Source: Heptranchias perlo
Lineage: Eukaryota
NCBI RefSeq assembly: GCF_035084215.1
Contig: NW_027139581.1
Coordinates: 4,278,001 to 4,342,000, forward strand
DNA length: 64,000 nt
Direction: 5' to 3'
Below the pieces are notes generated by a model. It saw only the letters and a list, made by a program, of their open reading frames with translations, was not told the DNA's origin and ran no database searches. This document shows positions 60,810 through 64,000 of the stretch, one piece after another. A program made the position numbers and the translations under genes. Each line of letters begins with the position of its first letter. Within the stretch, counting starts at the first letter, position 1.

Positions 60810-63800
60810 AGGAACATAGGAACAGAAGGAGGCCATTCAGGCCCTCGAGCCTGTTCCGCCATTCAATTATAACATGGCTGATCTGTGTCTCAACTGCATT
60901 TACCCGCTTGGTTCCATATCTCTCAATAACTTTTATTACAGTATCATAATATGGTACAGCACAGAAGGAGGCCATTCGGCCCAACGTACCTATTCCGGCT
61001 CTTTGAATGCGCTATCCAATTATTCCCATTACCCTGCTCTTTCACGATAACTGTCCATTTTTTTCATTACAAGTATTAACCAATTCCGTTTTGAAAGTTA
61101 CGATTGAATCTGCTTCCACCACCCTTTCAGGCAGAACATTCAGATCATTACATCTCGCTGCGTAAAAAATGTTTCCTCATGTCGCCTCTGGCTCTTTTGC
61201 CAACCACTTTAAATCTGTGTCCTCTGGTTACCGAACCTTCTGCCACTGGAAACAGTTTCTCCTTATTTACCTGATCAAAACCCTTCATGATTTTGAACAC
61301 CTCCATAACATCTCCCCTTAACATTCTCTGTTCTAAGGAGAACAATCCCGGCTTCTCCAGTCTCCAAATAACCGAAATCTCTCATCCCTGGTGCCATTCT
61401 AGTAAATCTCGTCTGCACCCTCTCTGAGGCCTTGACATCCTTTATAATGTGTGGTGCCCAGAATTGAACACAACACTCCAGCTGAAACCTAACCAATGAT
61501 TTATAAAGATTTAGCATAACTTATTTGCTTCTGTACTCTGTGCCTCTATTACAAAAGCCGAGGATCGCATATGGTTTATTAACAGCATTCTCAACTTCTC
61601 CTGCCACCTTCAAAGATTTCTGCACGTACAATCCCAGGTCTCTCTGTTCCTGCACTCCGTTTAAAATTCTACCATTTAGTTTATATTGTGTCTCTTCATT
61701 CTCCCTCCCAAAGAATGCATCACTTCATACTTCTCTGCGTTAAATTACATCTGCCATGTCTCTGCCCATTTCACCAGTCTGTCTATGTCCTCCTAAAGTT
61801 AGTTGCTATCCTTCACATTATTTACATTTCCGAGTTTCGTGTCATCAGCAAACTTTGTAATTGTACCCAGTATACCCAAGTCCATGTCATTAATGTATAT
61901 CAAAAAGAGCAGAGGTCCTCATGCTGATTCCTGGAGAACACCACTCTTTACTTCCCTCCAGTCTGAAAAACTACCGTTCAACAATACTCTTTGCTTTCTG
62001 TCCCTTAGCGACAAAGGAAAGAAAAGGGGATGAGTTCCTGTGGTCAGTGTTTCAGGAGCCAGGGAGGAAGTTGAAAAGCAGGACCTCAAAGGTAGTAATC
62101 TCTGGATTACCCCCAGTGCCACCCGCTGGTGAGTACAGAAATTGGAAGATAAGGCAGGTTAATGCGTGGCTACAGACATGGCGCAGGATGGATGGCTTCA
62201 GAGTCTTGGGGCAGTGGGACCAGTTTTGGGATCGGAGTGCAAGGGTGGTGGAAGCAGATTCAATCGTGGCTTTTAAAAAGGAATTGGACAAATACTTCAA
62301 GGGAAAAAAATTGCACTGGTACTGGGCAAGCGTGGGGAAATGAGACTAACTGGATTGCTCTTTTTAAGAGCCGGCAGGGGCACGATGGGCCGAATGGCTT
62401 CCATCTGAGCTGGAACCATTCTATGATTATCCAATTTTGTATCCACGCTGCCGCTGTCCCTTTAATCCAGGGGGCTTTAATTTCGCTTAAAGGTCTATTA
62501 TGTGGTACTTTATCAAATGCCTTCTGGAAGTCCATATACACAACATCAACCACATTACCCTCATAACCCTTCCCGTTACTTCATCAAAGAGCTCAATCAA
62601 GTTATCAAACACGATTTTCCTTTAACAAATCCGTGATGACTTTCATTTACCAGCCCACAATTTTCCAAGTGCCAATTAATTTTGTCCCGGATTATTCTCT
62701 CTCTAAGTTTCCCCACCACCGACATTCGGCTGACTGGTCTGTAACTGCCGGGTTTACCTTTTTGAACAGGCCTGTAACATTTGCAATCCTCCAATCCTCC
62801 GGCGCCATTCCCATGTCGAAGGAGGATTAGAAGGTTGTGGTGAGAGCCTCCGTAATTTCCACCCTTACTTCCCTCAGTAACCGAGGTTGCATCCCATCTG
62901 GACCGGGTGACTTTTCTACCTTGAGTACTGCCAATCTTTTAAGTACCTCGCCTATCTATTTTTATCCTATCCCATATCGCTACTGACCCCTCTTTTACGG
63001 CTAGACTGGCAGCATCCTTTTCTCTAGTGAAGGCCAATGCGGTGTATTCATTTAGTACCTCAGCCATGCCCTCTTCCTCCACAAGAAGATCTCTTTTTTT
63101 GTCCCTAATCGGTCCCACCCTTCCTTTCACTGCCCTTTTACAATTTACATCTTGATAAAAGACTTTTGGGTTCCCTTTTGTGCTGGCCGCTAATCCATTC
63201 TCATATTCTCTTTGCCGCTCTTATTTCCTTTTTAAATCTCCTCTGTACTTTCAGGATTCAACTTAGTCCTAAACTGTATTATGTGCCTTACATTTGCCAT
63301 CAGCCTCCTTTTTCTGTTTCATTGTAATCTCTATATCTTTCGTCATCAAATGAGCTCTAGTTTTGGATGCCCTTCCTTTCCCCCTCGTGGGACTGGATGT
63401 GAACCATTTCCTCCTTGAAGGCCTCCCATTGTCCAACAACTAATTTGCAAACCAATCTTTGATTCCTATCCACCAGGACTAAGATCCCTTTTAGGTTCAC
63501 TGAAATTAACCCTCCTCCAGTTAAATATTTTCACATTAGATTGTTCCTTGTCCTTTTCCATGACTATTCTAAATCTAATGATATTATGATCACTGTTCCC
63601 CAAATGCTCCCCCACTGAATCATGCTTTACTTGCCCCACTTCATTCCCAGAACTAGATCCAGCATTGCTTCCTTCCCCGCTGGGCTGGAAACACATTGTT
63701 CAACAAAGTTCTCTTGTACACATTTCAGGAATTCCTTTCCCTCTTTGCCCGATACATTGTGACTGTCCCAGCCTATATTGGGATCATGGAAGGCCCCCCA

Positions 63801-64000
63801 TTATCACTAATCTATCGTTCTTGCATCTTTCCGTAATTTGCCTGCAAATTTGCTCCTGTATCTCCTTCCCATGATCTGGTGGCGTATAGTACACACCCAG
63901 TAGTGTAATAGCTCCTCCATTATTCTTTAATTTTAACCATATGGATTTTGTCTTTGACCCCCCCTCACCTTCATCATCACTTTCCAGTGCTATAATAGTT
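60810..64000 (-). mobile_element. Decayed CR1 LINE(s) in the intron upstream of Cmu4, with a nested plus-strand CR1 piece at ~62010-62425
   Basis: SDHN, VYMDFQKAFDKVPH, KFADD and LECCVQFWAP remnants on the minus strand. Confidence 0.88.

Overview
Eukaryotic, repeat-rich DNA from a cartilaginous fish (shark-type IgM, CR1/L2 LINEs). From left to right: (1) Two tandemly duplicated, intact two-exon class-A GPCR genes of the GPR139/GPR142-like type on the minus strand (483-7620 and 32634-36200, 331 aa each). Each has a TATA(-like) promoter, a conserved in-frame uORF and a 35-bp satellite upstream. Their protein differences concentrate in the three extracellular loops. (2) Between them, a 14.6-kb endogenous retrovirus-like provirus (14646-29245) with LTRs, a tRNA-Asn PBS, a PPT, gag with three classes of late domain, gag-pol joined in frame across one TGA, a tether plus RNase H pol, and an env with a paramyxovirus-F-like cysteine pattern (lokiretrovirus-like). 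Two young CR1 LINEs interrupt it, one full-length. Its mismatched LTRs and flanks suggest it is a recombinant. (3) A decayed Harbinger DNA transposon (~40.6-48.8 kb) whose coding segments have expanded into four different minisatellites. (4) An intact tRNA-Leu(TAA) gene with decayed tRNA-Asp copies. (5) The 3' end of an IgM heavy-chain gene on the minus strand (Cmu4 with secretory tail, TM1, TM2), with a CTCF-like/A-B-box element just downstream. Most long ORFs in the ORF track outside these features are LINE fragments or tandem-repeat artefacts. Exon and LTR coordinates were counted by hand; repeat boundaries are approximate.
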